Under the pieces are notes generated by a model. The model was given only the letters and a program-made list of their open reading frames with translations, was not told the DNA's origin and did not search any database. Source: Mobula hypostoma (Eukaryota). Taken from it: 64,000 bases of DNA. The position numbers and the translations under genes are program-made. This document shows, in pieces, positions 39,762 to 53,777 of the stretch. The stretch spans positions 140,678,001 to 140,742,000 of the forward strand of contig NC_086097.1 of assembly GCF_963921235.1 (NCBI RefSeq), in the 5' to 3' direction. Positions within the stretch are counted from its first letter, which is position 1. Each line of letters opens with the position of its first letter.

Positions 39762-39799
39762 CACAGTATGCAATAGATAACAAACTCAGCACAAAAACC
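39762..39799 (+). other. V-a recombination signal sequence (23-type, 22-nt spacer)
   Basis: CACAGTA, 22 nt, ACAAAAACC. Confidence 0.92.
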
Positions 39800-40259
39800 T
39801 CGACAAGCAGCCAATCAAACGAAACTGCTGATCCAGAGGCTGCAGCGACCCCCACAGCTAGACTTGCGTTTACTTCTATCTGCCGGGCAGAATGTTGGGG
39901 TTTGCTCAAGAGGCAGCGACAAAGGGGTTCTGTCACCAGAAACAAGCAGCGTGGCCTCCGGGAGAAACTGATCTCCCGGGGCGGGGAACTGAGCGTTAAC
40001 CACTGACTCCCGATCCCCGAACCCGCTGCTCACAAACGGGAAATACTGACATGTGCACCTTGGTCCCAATTCACTCTTGGTGTGGATTGCACGCAATTTC
40101 CGATTCAGTCTCAGATTGATTTATCACATTTAAAGAGTCAGTACAACATCACGGGCCAAAGGGCCTGCACTGTACCGTGCTGCTCTCTGTTCTAAAACAA
40201 CAGATGTCCTCACCGAGAGTACTTCCTGTGCTCTTCCTATTCTCGGCAAATCCTCCAGA

Positions 40260-40532
40260 GTTGCACAACATGGAGAACCAGTGCTTTATCAGCCAATGAA
40301 AGATAGTAGGTGGCAATCAAGAACATGTTTCCTCGACAGTTTAACCTTAGACGAAGAAGGACCTGGAGCCAACGAGGAGAACACTCACATTTACACCATT
40401 CTGCTGCTAACTGTGTCTGTGAGGTATGAGGTACCCAGGCATCGTGATAGAGGAACCTGGCGTTTGACTGTAAGTAATGTAGCTTGACCAGACACTTCCA
40501 CATATGGCACTGGAGCGAGTTGATTCACATAC
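40260..40532 (+). pseudogene. Probable decayed TCR gamma V segment
   Basis: FR3-like RYEVPRHRDRGTWRLTVSNVA*PDTSTY, then TAT-ggCAC-TGga-GCG-AGT-TGA-TT-CACA, a frameshifted YHCASW with CACA 2 nt after the Trp-position codon as in V-c. RRTLTF in another frame resembles V-b RRILRF. No nonamer. Confidence 0.5.
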
Positions 40533-41001
40533 TGCAGGAAATGTGGACCAACTTGACCTGCGATGCGTGTTGGAGTGCACTCAGGAAGAACATTGCTGGA
40601 ACCTGCCGCGCTCTCATGGGCATCGTACAGGTTGCCTAAGAATGCGGTTTTGAATTTCTTCACGTGGCATAAATAACTGATAGAGAGAACTGGATTCACC
40701 AAACGCTTTGAGAAAATTTCAACGGTTCTTGTTTCAGTCGAAGCAAGTAGCTGAAGAAGTAAGCGGAAGAATTCGGGTCGAAAAAGTCGTTTTTTTAAAA
40801 AAAACTGCTCGGGGAGAAGGCGCAGGCGCGTGACGTAGCGCGCCAAGGTTAAAAAAAGTAGACCACCATATACAGCGGCCATCGTTGGAGTGGACTGAGT
40901 CAGAGTGGGGCGGCTTTGGCTCAAACAGGCTTCAGCGAGAACAGGCACAGGCCAGGGTAGGTTCCGGTAAGTTTTTGTTCAGATTGTCTAGCGTAGAGAG
41001 A

Positions 41002-41937
41002 ATGCCAGGCAGGATGTTGGAATGCTCATCTTGCAGGATGTGGGAAGTCAGGGAGCCCTCTGGTGTCCCTGACAACGACACTTGCAAGAAGTGCATCCAG
41101 CTGCAGCTCCTGACAAACCGCGTTAGGGAACTGGAGCAGGAGCTGCATGATCTGCGGATCATTCGGGAGAATGAGGACATTATAGATCGTAGCTACAGGG
41201 AGGTAGTTACGCCAAAGGAGCAGAGGACAGGAAATTGGGTCACTGTCAGGCGAGGGAAGAGGAAAGGGCAGGCAGAGCAGGGTTCCCCTGTGGCCATTCC
41301 CCTCAATAACAAGTATACCGCATTGGATACTGTTGGGGGGGATGACTTACCTGGGACTAGCTGCAGTAGCCGGATCTCTGGCACTGAGTCTGGCTCTGCA
41401 GTGCAGAAGGGAGGGGGGAAAAAGAAGAGAGCGGTAGTAATAGGGGACTCAATAGTTAGAGGTGCAGATAGAAGGTACTGTGGTCGTGACAGAGAATCCA
41501 GGATGGTTTGTTGCCTCGCAGGTGCCAGGGTCAAGGATGTCTCTGATCGATTGCATGACATTCTGAAGTGGGAGGGTGACCAGCCAGATGTCGTGGTGCA
41601 CATTGGTACCAATGACATAGCAAGGAAGAGTGAAGAGGTCCTGGACAGTGAGTATAGAGAGCTTGGTAGGAAGTTGAAAAGCAGGACCTCAAGGGTGGTA
41701 ATCTCAGGATTGCTACCTGTGCTAGGTGCCAGTGAGGGTAGGAATAGGATGCTCTGGAGGAGGAACAAGTGGCTGAGGAACTGGTGTAGGGGGCAGTGTT
41801 TCAGATTTCTGGATCATTGGGACCTCTTCTGGGGCAGGTGGGACCTGTACAAGAGAGACGGGTTACACTTGAACCACAGGGGGACCAATATCCTTTCAGG
41901 GAGGTTTGTTAGTGCTATTGGGGAGGCTTTAAACTAG
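41002..41937 (+). CDS. CR1 ORF1p (Cys-rich finger, coiled coil, SGNH esterase), 311 aa from the first ATG
   Basis: CSSC...CKKC; LEQELHDL heptads; esterase blocks GDS, GTND, DGLH. Confidence 0.9.
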   Translation: MPGRMLECSSCRMWEVREPSGVPDNDTCKKCIQLQLLTNRVRELEQELHDLRIIRENEDIIDRSYREVVTPKEQRTGNWVTVRRGKRKGQAEQGSPVAIPLNNKYTALDTVGGDDLPGTSCSSRISGTESGSAVQKGGGKKKRAVVIGDSIVRGADRRYCGRDRESRMVCCLAGARVKDVSDRLHDILKWEGDQPDVVVHIGTNDIARKSEEVLDSEYRELGRKLKSRTSRVVISGLLPVLGASEGRNRMLWRRNKWLRNWCRGQCFRFLDHWDLFWGRWDLYKRDGLHLNHRGTNILSGRFVSAIGEALN

Positions 41938-41939
41938 AT

Positions 41940-44861
41940 TTGCAGGGGGATGGGAACCAGAGTGCCAGAGCTGACAATGTGGCTGGGGTGAAAATAAATG
42001 ATATTGAAAGTTTAAGCAAATCCGCTGATAGAAAGGTTGTGAGTGGTGGTAAAAATCTTCTGAGGTGTATATATTTCAATGCTAGGAGTATTGCGGGGAA
42101 GGCGGATGAGTTGAGGGCGTGGATTGACACGTGGAATTATGATGTTGTAGCAATTAGTGAAACTTGGCTACAGGAGGGGCAGGACTGGCAGCTTAATATT
42201 CCAGGGTTCCGATGTTTCAGATGTGATCGAGGCAGAGGAGTGAAAGGTGGGGAGTAGCATTGCTTGTTAGGGAAAATATTACAGCAGTGCTCAGGCAGGA
42301 CAGATTAGAGGGCTTGTCTACTGAGTCCTTATGGGTGGAGCTGAGAAACAGGAAAGGTATGGCCACATTAGTGAGATTGTATTACAGACCACCCAATAGT
42401 CAACGAGATTTGGAAGAGCAAATCTGCAGAGAGATAGCAGGCAACTGCAGGAAACATAAAGTTGTGGTGGTAGGGGATTTTAATTTTCCATACATTGATT
42501 GGGACTCCCATACCGTTAGGGGTCTAGATGGTTTAGAGTTTGTAAAATGTGTTCAGGAAAGTTTTCTAAATCAGTATATAGAGGGACCAACTAGAGGGGA
42601 TGCAATATTGGATCTCCTGTTAGGAAACGAATTAGGACAAGTGACAGAAGTCTGTGTAGGGGAGCACTTTGGTTCCAGTGATCATAACACCATTAGTTTC
42701 AATTTGATCATGGACAAGGATAGATCTGGTCCTAGGGTTGAGGTTCTGAACTGGAAGAAGGCCAAATTTGAAGAAATGAGAAAGGATCTAAAAAGCGTGG
42801 ATTGGGACAGGTTGTTCTCTGGCAAAGATGTGATTGGTAGGTGGGAAGCCTTCAAAGGGGAAATTTTGAGAGTGCAGAGTTTGTATGTTCCTGTCAGGAT
42901 TAAAGGCAAATTGAATAGGAATAAGGAACCTTGGTTCTCAAGGGATATTGCAACTCTGATAAAGAAGAGGGAGTTGTATGAAATGTGTAGGAAACAGGGG
43001 GTAAATCAGGTGCTTGAGGAGTATAAGAGTGCAAGAAAATACTTAAGAAAGAAATCAGGAGGGCAAAAAGAAGACATGACGTTGCCTTGGCAGTCAAAGT
43101 GAAGGATAATCCAAAGAACTTTTACAAGTATATTAAGAGCAAAAGGATTGTAAGGGATAAAATTGGTCCTCTTGAAGATCAGAGTGGTCGGCTTTGTGTG
43201 GAACCAAAGGAAATGGGGGAGATCTTAAATAGGTTTTTTGCGTCTGTATTTACTAAGGAAGCTGGCATGAAATCTATGGAATTGAGGGAATCAAGTAGTG
43301 AGACCATGGAAACTGTACAGATTGAAAAGGAGGAGGTGCTTGCTGTCTTGAGGAAAGTTAAAGTGGATAAATCCCCAGCACCTGACAGAGTGTTCCCTCG
43401 GACCTTGAAGGAGACTAGTGTTGAAATTGCGGGGGCCTTGGCAGAAATATTTAAAATGTCGCTGTCTACGGGTGAAGTGCTGGAGGATTGGAGAGTGGCT
43501 CATGTTGTTCCGTTGTTTAAAAGAGGATCGAATAGTAATCCAGGAAATTATAGGCCGGTGAGTTTAACGTCAGTAGTAGGTAAGTTATTGGAGGGAGTAC
43601 TAAGAGACAGAATCTACAAGCATTTGGATAGACAAGGGCTTATTAGGGAGAGTCAACATGGCTTTGTGCGTGGTAGGTTATGTTTGACCAATCTGTTGGA
43701 GTTTTTCGAGGAGGTTACCAGGAAAGTGGATGAAGGGAAGGCAGTCGATATTGTCTACATGGACTTCAGTAAGGCCTTTGACAAGGTCCCGCATGGGAGG
43801 TTAGTTAGGAAAATTCAGTCGCTAGGTATACATGGAGAGGTGGTAAATTGGATTAGACATTGGCTCTATGGAAGAAGCCAGAGAGTGGTGGTAGAGAATT
43901 GCTTCTTTGAGTGGAGGCCTGTGACTAGTGGTGTGCCACAGGGATCAGTGCTGGGTCCATTGTTATTTGTCATCTATATCAATGATCTGGATGATAATGT
44001 GGTAAATTGGATCAGCAAGTTTGCTGATGATACAAAGATTGGAGGTGTAGTAGACAGTGAGGAAGGTTTTCAGAGCCTGCAGAGGGACTTGGACCAGCTG
44101 GAAAAATGGGCTGAAAAATGGCAGATGGAGTTTAATACTGACAAGTGTGAGGTATTGCACGTTGGAAGGACAAACCAATGTAGAACATATAGGGTTAATG
44201 GTAAGGCACTGAGGAGTGCAGTGGAACAGAGGGATCTGGGAATACAGATACAAAATTCCCTAAAAGTGTCGTCACAGGTCGATAGGGTCGTAATGAGAGC
44301 TTTTGGTACATTGGCCTTTCTTAATCAAAGTATTGAGTATAAGAGCTGGAATGTTATGATGAGATTGTATAAGGCATTGGTGAGGCCAAATCTGGAGTAT
44401 TGTGTTCAGTTTTGGTCACCAAATTACAGGAAGGATATAAATAAGGTTGGAAGAGTGCAGAGAAGGTTTACAAGGATGTTGCCGGGACTAAAGAAACTCA
44501 GTTACAGAGAAAGGTTGAATAGGTTAGGACTTTATTCCCTGGAGCGTAGAAGAATGAGGGGAGATTTGATAGACATATATAAAATTATGATGGGTATGGA
44601 GAGAGTGAATGCAAGCAGGCTTTTTCCACTGAGGCAAGGGGAGAAAAAAATCAGAGGACATGGGTTAAGGGTGAGGGGGGAAAAGTTTAAAGGGAACATT
44701 AGGGGGGGCTTCTTCACACAGAGAGTGGTGGGAGTATGGAATGAGCTGCCAGACGAGGTGGTAAATGCGGGTTCTTTTTTAACATTTAAGAATAAATTGG
44801 ACAGATACATGGATGGGGGTGTATGGAGGGATATGGTCCATGTGCAGGTCAGTGGGACTAG
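41940..44861 (+). pseudogene. CR1 ORF2p (APE endonuclease and reverse transcriptase), frameshifted
   Basis: ORF pieces 41940-42257, 42260-43102 and 43087-44943 join into one ORF2 if one base is restored at ~42250, ~43028 and ~44817. Confidence 0.88.
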
Positions 44862-45029
44862 GCAGAAAATGGTTCGGCACAGCCAAGAGCGGCCAAAGGG
44901 CCTGTTTCTGTGCTGTAGTTTCTATGGTTCTATGGTAAGTTAATATCTTGTCTGAACCGGCTTTGTATTTAGTCAAACTGCTTTCATACAGTTACAGCAT
45001 TCACCCATTAGGAGGAAAAATATGTGCCA

Positions 45030-45322
45030 CGAGAACGTAGCGGTTAGCACGACGCTATTGCAACTCAGCGGTTCGGAGTTTGGAGTTGAATTCTGGCGCA
45101 GTATGCAAGGTGTCTCTGTAGTTCTTCCCCTGGAATGCATGAGTTTTCTCCGGGAGCTCCGGTTTCCTCTCTCTGTCCAAAGACGAACAGAATAGGTTAA
45201 CTGATCATAGTAAATTGTTTGCGATTAGGTTAGGTTTCATCGAGGTTGTTGTGGGTTGCTGGGGCGGCGTGACGGGAAGGACCGGTTGGGTATAATCTGC
45301 ACTGTATCGCTAAATAAACAAA
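45030..45322 (+). mobile_element. tRNA-derived SINE (V-SINE-like)
   Basis: Same core as the 3745 copy (ctccggtttcctc...ccaaagacg). Confidence 0.65.
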
Positions 45323-46414
45323 TATAATTGCCTAGTGATGTCCTGTTCATATAAAGCCGGGAAAATCCAGTCTGGCTATTTACAACACAAAACAGGGACC
45401 AAAGAACTGTACTCTGGGGATGAGGTGAGAGTGACTGCTTTTGATAACAGGACAGTATTTGGTTTACTGTAGTCTCAGGAACCCTGAGAAAAACTGAAGG
45501 CAATGGGCATTAAGTGGGGTTCACTCCAAGGACTGGAGTAATAACTTGGAAAAAGGAGGGAGGTTTGAAGTCTTTTCCCAGACCTGTACATTTTCAGTTA
45601 CTTCACCAATAAACTTACAACCTTGTCACAAGTGTACAGGTAATGAAAATGCCCAACGAGTGCTTCCAATTAACAATCCTTGATATTCAATGACCAGAAA
45701 TACAACTGGACCAGCCACACAAACACTGGGACGACAAGTATGCCCGCAGAAAAAGAACATCAGTGCTGTATATGGTGACGTGTATGCACTTTGATAATAC
45801 ATTTTACTCTGAACTTTTAACTTTGAATATGGCTGGTATCCTGGGGCAAACACACTTTCTGATATTTCAAAGCCTTCCCATTATCTGTAAATCAAATTAG
45901 GGGTGTTATGTCGAACCATTTAGGTGCATGAATTTGTCTCAAAGAACATTAAAGAAGCTGAACGCTATCCAAAACAAAGCTGCTCCTTTCATTAAGAACA
46001 ACCAACTGCCCAGAAAATTCATTCTTGTGACCAGCTACACTGAATATTTGTAAACATCCAGGCTGCTAATTGCCCTGCAATTACTTATCTGACAGCACCT
46101 GTCCAACTTACGGTCTACCATCAAGAAAGATTAAGGCAGCTGTAGCTACTTTTCCGATTCACATATTATTTATGTTATGCCGTGGGCAAATGGGTCTAGG
46201 ACGTTTTTCTCAAATAACATGTAGATTGCATCACCAAAGAGTGGGGCGGTATGGTAGTGTAGTAGTTAGCACTGGGTTCAATTCCTGCCACTGCCTGTAA
46301 GGAGTTTGTACTTCCTCCCATTCCTCCGGCTGCTCTGGTTTCCTCCCACAGTCCTAAACGTACCCGCTGGTAGGTTACTTGGTCATTTTAAATTGTCCCA
46401 TGATTAACATAGGA

Positions 46415-46820
46415 TTAAAACCTTGGAGTTTAGAAGAATGAGCGGAGACCTCGTAGGAACATTTTGAATGTTGAAAGGCATGGACAGAGTGGATGTGGCA
46501 AAGTTGTTTCCCATGATGGGGGAGTCTAGTACGAGAGAGCATGACTTAAGGATTGATGGGCGCCCATTCAGAACAGAAATGCGAAGACATTTTTTTAGTC
46601 AGAAGGTGGTGAATCTATGGAATTTGTTGCCACGGGCAGCAGTGGAGGCCAAGTCATTGGGTGTATTTAAGGCAGAGATTGATAGGTATCTGAGTAGCCA
46701 GGACATCAAAGGTTATGGTGAGAAGGCGGGGGAGTGGGACTAACTGGGAGAATGGATCAGCTCATGATAAAATGGCGGAAGAGACTCGATGGGACGAATG
46801 GCCGACTTCTGCTCCTTTGT
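46415..46820 (+). mobile_element. CR1 3' fragment inserted into a SINE
   Basis: MLKGMDRVDVAKLFP...KAGEWD*, tail (TCTTATGG)n. SINE head at ~46245-46415 and SINE tail at ~46820-46890. Confidence 0.8.
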
Positions 46821-47488
46821 CTTATGGTCTTATGGTCTAAATAGGGGATTGCTCGAAGTGCCAGAAGGGCCTGTTGCATACTATATCTCAAAAAAAAAGT
46901 GAGAGGGAAACGCTTGCTGTTCTGTTGAAAAATTGGGCAGAATAAGTGATGTTGTGGGGTGTGGGGGTGGTGGTGTGGAACATGGCGATCATTGACTATC
47001 AGTTTTTATATGAGTTTAGTAAAAGCTAAGACTGGCCACCAAGTTAAATTCCTAGAATGGTGAAAGGCTAATTCTGAAAGCTTTAGACAGGATTCTGCAA
47101 AAGTTGATTCAGAGAAGCTGTTTTGTTGGTATGGGCAGTGGCAGGCATCTGAAATGTGGATAGGAAGAGTTCAGGGGTAACATAAGACCATAAGACATAG
47201 GTACAGGATTATGCCATTTGACCCATCGAGGCTGCTGCCCAATCCATAATGGTTGATTTATTACCCCTCTCAATGCCACTTCCTGACTTCTCCCCGTAAC
47301 CTTTGATGTAACTAAGAGGTTATCAACCGTTGCTTTAAATATACCTTGTTAGATTGAAGGCCAAGGCTGGCAGGAATAGGGAACCCTAGTCAATGAGGGA
47401 TATTGAGTATTTCTTCAGGATAAAGGAGGCAGATGTCAAGTATCGTCAGCTGGGGTCAAGTGAATTCCATGAGCCGTAAACAGATATA

Positions 47489-48957
<1,469 letters not shown>

Positions 48958-48959
48958 TA

Positions 48960-49706
48960 GGAGTACATTAGAGGAAAATCAGGAGGACAAATACATTAGA
49001 TCATTTTGGCAGATGAGGCAAAGGGGAATACTAAGATATTCTATAAGTATAAGTATATCAAGAGTCAGAAAAGTAACCAAGACAATTGTGGAGTCAGAAT
49101 TGTGTCTGATTGAATTCATTGAATTCTTTGAGGATGTGGGGACTGGTCAGACCCCACTTGGTTCTGTGTTCAGTTCTGGTCATCTCACTACAAGAAGGAT
49201 GTGGATGCTATAGAAAGAGTGCAGAGAAGATTTACGAGGATGTTGCCGGACTGGAGAGCGTGCCTTATGAGAAGAGGTTAAGTGAATTTGCCCTTTTCTC
49301 CTTGGAGCGATGGAGGATGAGAGGTGACCTGACAGAAGTGTATAAGATGATGAGAGGCATTGATCGTGTGGATAGCCAGAGGCTTTTTCCCAGGGCTGAA
49401 GATGCTAACACAAGGGAGCATAATTTTAAGGTGCTTGGATGTAGGCACAGAGGGAATGTCAGGGGTAAGTTTTCCACACCGAGTGTGGTGGGTGTGTGGA
49501 ATGCAATGCCGGCGACAGTGGTGGAGGTGGAATCGATAGGATCTTTTAAGAGACTCTTGGATAGGTATGTGGAGCTCAGAACAATAGAGGGCTATGCGGT
49601 AGGGTAATTCTAGGCAGTTTCTATGGTAGGTTACATGGTCAGCACAACATTGTGGACCACAAGGCCTGTAATGTGCCGTAGATTTCTATGTTCTATGTTC
49701 TATGTT
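48960..49706 (+). mobile_element. CR1 fragments including the 3' end
   Basis: MRGDLTEVYKMMRGIDRVDSQRLFP...; tail (TCTATGT)n. Confidence 0.8.
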
Positions 49707-50264
49707 CACAGGAGATAAGGTGGGATCTTAACTGAATATTTCTTATCTGTAATTACTGTAGAGAAGATCAGGAGACTAAGAAGTTCACAGTAGAGAATAT
49801 GATGTCTTGAAATATATCCACATTGAAAAAGGAAAGGTACTGACAGTCTTAAAATACATCAAGGTGGATACATTCCTAAGGTAGAGATATTTCTATAACT
49901 GTTAGCTACAGGTGAGGTAACAGAAGAGTATAACGGGGTTATTGTTGTGTTGGTTTGAGAAGTGGTGTAAGAACAAACTAGAGAATTACAGGGAGGTGAG
50001 CCAAAATCAGAGCCAGGAAATTTACAAGAAGATATGAGATAAGCCAGCAATTGGGATTGAAATGCCTCATCAAGAATAATCAGCTTGATATTGTGGGTGG
50101 GAAATCATGTCAAGAAATTAATATTTTTGGAGAGGTAACCAAAAGGATCAATGAAAGCAGGGTGGTAAATATTGACAACATTAATTTTAGCAAGCTTTAA
50201 CAAAGTTCCGCATGGTAAGATGGACAGCGAAGGAGGTTCCTTGAGATTACAACAGGATCTACAA

Positions 50265-50640
50265 CACAGTGGTGTCTGAAAAGAGGATGCTGTCTAAGTT
50301 GCATGCCATCTTGGACAATGTCTCCCATCCACTACATAATGTACTGGGTGGGCACAGGAGTACATTCAGCCAGAGACTCATTCCACCAAGATGCAACACA
50401 GAGCATCATAGGAAGTCATTCCTGCCTGAGCCATCAAACTTTACAACTCCTCCCTTGGAGAGTCAGACACCCTGAGGCAATAGGCTGGTCCTGGACTTAT
50501 TTCATAATTTACTGGCATAATTTAAATATTACTATTTAACTATTTATGGTTTTATTACTATCTATTATTTATGGTGCAACTTTAATGAAAACCAATTTCC
50601 CCTGGGATCAATAAAGTATGAATATGACTATGACTATGAC
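50265..50640 (+). mobile_element. Rex1/Babar-type LINE 3' fragment
   Basis: VSEKRMLSKLHAILDNVSHPLH...RKSFLP, tail (TATGAC)n. Same family as the 58345-58995 copy. Confidence 0.7.
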
Positions 50641-50729
50641 AATGTAGATCATAGCATTGGAGAGGTATAGGAACAGACAAGTTAGGAAAGCATTTAAGTG
50701 GAATAAGGGGAAGTATGAGGCTATCAGGC

Positions 50730-51470
50730 AGGAAACATAGAAAACACACAGCACAATACCTGCCATTCGGCCCGCAAAGCTGTGCCAAACATGTCCCTAC
50801 CTTAGAACTACCTAGGCTTTACCCATAGCTCTCTATTTTTCTAAGTTCCATGTAGCCATTCAGGAGTCTCTTAAAGGACCCTATTGTTTCCCCCAACAGA
50901 GTTGTGCCGAAAATGTCCCTACCTTAGAAATTACTAGGCTTACCTATAACCCTTTATTTTACCTAGCTCCATGTACCTATCTAAAAGTCTCTTAAAAGAC
51001 CCTATCGTATTCGCCTCCATCACCATTGCTGGCAGCCCATTCCATGCACTCACCACTCTCTGCATAAAAAACTTACCCCTGACATCTCCTCTGTACCTGC
51101 TTCCAAGCACCTTAAAACTATGCTGTCTCGTGCTAGCTATTTCAGCCCTGGGGAAAAGCCTCTGACTATCCACACGATCAATGCCTCTCATTATCTTGTA
51201 CACCTCTGTCAGGTCACATCTCATCCTCCGTCACTCCAAGGAGAAAAGGCTGAGTTCACTCAACCTATTCTCATAAGGTATGCTCCCCAATCTAGGCAAC
51301 ATGCTTGTAAATCTCCTCTGCACATTTTCTATGGTTTTCACGTCCTTCCTGCAGTGAGGTGAACAGAATTGAGCACAGTATTCCAAGTGGTGTCTGACCA
51401 GGGTCCTATATAGCTGCAGCATTACCTCTCAGCTCTTAAACTCAATCCCTTGATTGATAAAAGCCAATGC
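50730..51470 (-). mobile_element. CR1 3' fragment with a tandem duplication of the terminal ~125 bp
   Basis: MLQLYRTLVRHHLEYCAQF... and MRCDLTEVYKIMRGIDRVDSQRLFP. The 3' block gtccctaccttagaa... occurs twice. Confidence 0.8.
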
Positions 51471-51474
51471 ACCG

Positions 51475-52815
51475 AATGAACTTGGAAGCATAAATTGGGA
51501 ACATGTTCTCAGGGAAATGTATGGCAGAAATGTGGCAAATGTTCAGGGGACATTTGCGAGGAGTTTTGCATAGGTACGTTCCAATGAGACAGGGAAAGAA
51601 TGGTAGTGACCAGGAACCGTGGTGTACAAAGGCTGCTATAAATCTAGTCAAGAAGAAAAGAAAAGCTTACGAAAGTGTCAAAAAACTAGGTAATGATAGA
51701 GATCTTGAAGATTATAAGGCTAGCCGGAAAGAGTTTAAGATTGAAATTAGGAGAGCCAGAAATGGCCATGAGAAGGCCTTGGCAGACAGGATTAAGGAAA
51801 TCCCCAAGGCATTCTACAAGTACGTGAAGAGCAAGAGGATAAGATGTGAGAGAATAGGACCAATCAAATGTGACAGTGAAAAAGTGTGTATGGAACCAGA
51901 GGAGATAGCAGAGGTACTTAATGAATACTTTGCTTCAGTATTCACTACGGAAAAGGATCTTGGCGATTGTAGGGATGACTTACAGCAGACTGAAAAACTT
52001 GAGCATATAGATATTTAGAAAGAGGATATGCTGGAGCTTTTGGAAAGCACAAGTTGGATAAGTCACTGGGTCTGGACGGGATGTACCCCAGGCTACTGTG
52101 GGAGGAGAGGGAGGAGATTGCTGAGTCTCTGGCGATGATCTTTGCATCATCAGTGGAGAGGTTCCAGAGGATTGGAGGGTTTTGGATGTTGTTCCCTTAT
52201 TCAAGAAAGGGAGTAGAGATAGCCCAGCAAATTATAGATCAGTGAGTCTTACTTCAGTGGTTGGTAAGTTGATGGAAAAGATACTGAGAGGCAGGATTTA
52301 TGAACATTTGGAGAGGTATAATATGATTAGGAATAGTCAGCCTGGCTTTGTCAAGAGCAGCTTGATGAGGGTAGAGTAGTAGATGTAGTGTATATGGATT
52401 TCAGCAAGGCATTTGATAAGGTACCCCATGCAAGGCTTATTGAGAAAGTAAGGAGGCATGGGATCCAGGGAGACATTGCTTTGCGGATCCAGAACTGGCT
52501 TGCCCACAGAAGGCAAAGAGTAGTTGTAGACAGGTCATATTCTGCATGGAGTTCGGTGACCAGTGATGTGCCTCAGGGATCTGTTCTGGGACCCTTACTC
52601 TTCGTGATTTTTATAAATGACTTGTATGAGGAAGTAGAGGGATGGGTTAGTAAATTTGCTGATGACACAAAAGGTGGGGGTGCCGTGGATAGTGTGGAGG
52701 GCTGTCAGAGGTTACAGCGGGACATTGATAGGATGCAAAACTGGGCCGGTCAGTGTGGACGAGTTGTGCAGAGGGGCCCGTTTCGGTGCTGTGAATTCAA
52801 CTAGTCTATGACTCT
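51475..52815 (+). mobile_element. CR1 ORF2 fragment (tether-RT) with a short 3' tail
   Basis: FYKYVKSKR, FSKAFDKVPH, DVPQGSVLGP, KFADD. Confidence 0.8.
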
Positions 52816-52817
52816 AT

Positions 52818-53736
52818 CCTGGGTAAATAAATTTATTTGAAGATTAGGGGAATCGATAGACGGGAAAACTGCGCCAGACTTGAAGGTCAAACATGATATT
52901 TATCAACCAGGAATGCGAGCAAAGATAGTCCCATCTGCTTCGATTTCTCCTCCTTTTATGTTCTCACCTCTGTGGCGTGCGGTTTGAACCTTCAGCATCC
53001 TTAGCGAGATGGCTGTAATCACTCAGCGGGTCAAGCATCACGTATCCTTCGCTACAGAGATTTCAGATTTTGAATAATCGGCACTAATGAGGGAGAAAAT
53101 TAGTGACAGGATAATACGAGAGGAGTGCCGGAGGTAGAACAAGGCCAGGAAGGCAAGTGAAGAACCAGTTAACGGCTAAATTTATCTCTCCCCTGGTGCA
53201 TTCTGTATCCTTGTGGATGGTGTCATGTGTGAAGCCAAGCAGAGCTGCAGAACGGATGATGTTAATGCGAGAGATAACGAGAGACAACGGAGAGCCATTC
53301 AAAATGCTAATAAGAGAGAAGAGAGAAATAACGAGAGGGAGACATAATTCAGATGTTGGCGTCTGCCACAGACAGTTTGCTTTGAACCTGAGCTGTTCAT
53401 TAACAATCCTGCTGAGACAATAGGAAGTGTGAAGTTTGATGGACAGGTGATACCCCATCAGGGGGGATAAAAATAGTGGGTTTGCTCAGGCACAGGACAC
53501 ACGCCACGAGACCCTGGAAAGAGCATTGTGCCCCACAAGTTGGTGAGAGTTGGAGGACCGATTCGCGGGAATGGTAAAGGTTGTAAAGGTACGACCGGTG
53601 GGGTCCTGTTGTGTGTCCGCCCTTGCCTGGGTGCCGGGTTCACCACGGAAGAATGGTCGCATCCGGAACGGAGGGGTCACAGTCGGTGACCACAGCGGGA
53701 TCAGAAGGCATCGAAAGGTTTGCCTGAAACCAGCTG

Positions 53737-53777
<41 letters not shown>

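Larger units (their letters stand above)
40806..44937 (+). mobile_element. Nearly intact full-length CR1 LINE
   Basis: 5' UTR, open ORF1, ORF2 (APE: FNARSI, ISETW, GDFN, SDH; RT: FSKAFDKVPH, GVPQGSVLGP, KFADD) broken by about three 1-nt deletions. 3' tail (TTCTATGG)2. Confidence 0.95.

Noticed and set aside
40391-41768. 185-aa and 191-aa minus-strand ORFs
   Set aside because: Antisense to the CR1 5' UTR and ORF1, with no independent coding signal.
50730-52815. Back-to-back CR1 pieces as a twin-priming inversion
   Set aside because: The pieces are nearly complementary in coverage, but the plus-strand piece has its own 3' tail and I see no TSD, so two independent insertions explain it equally well.
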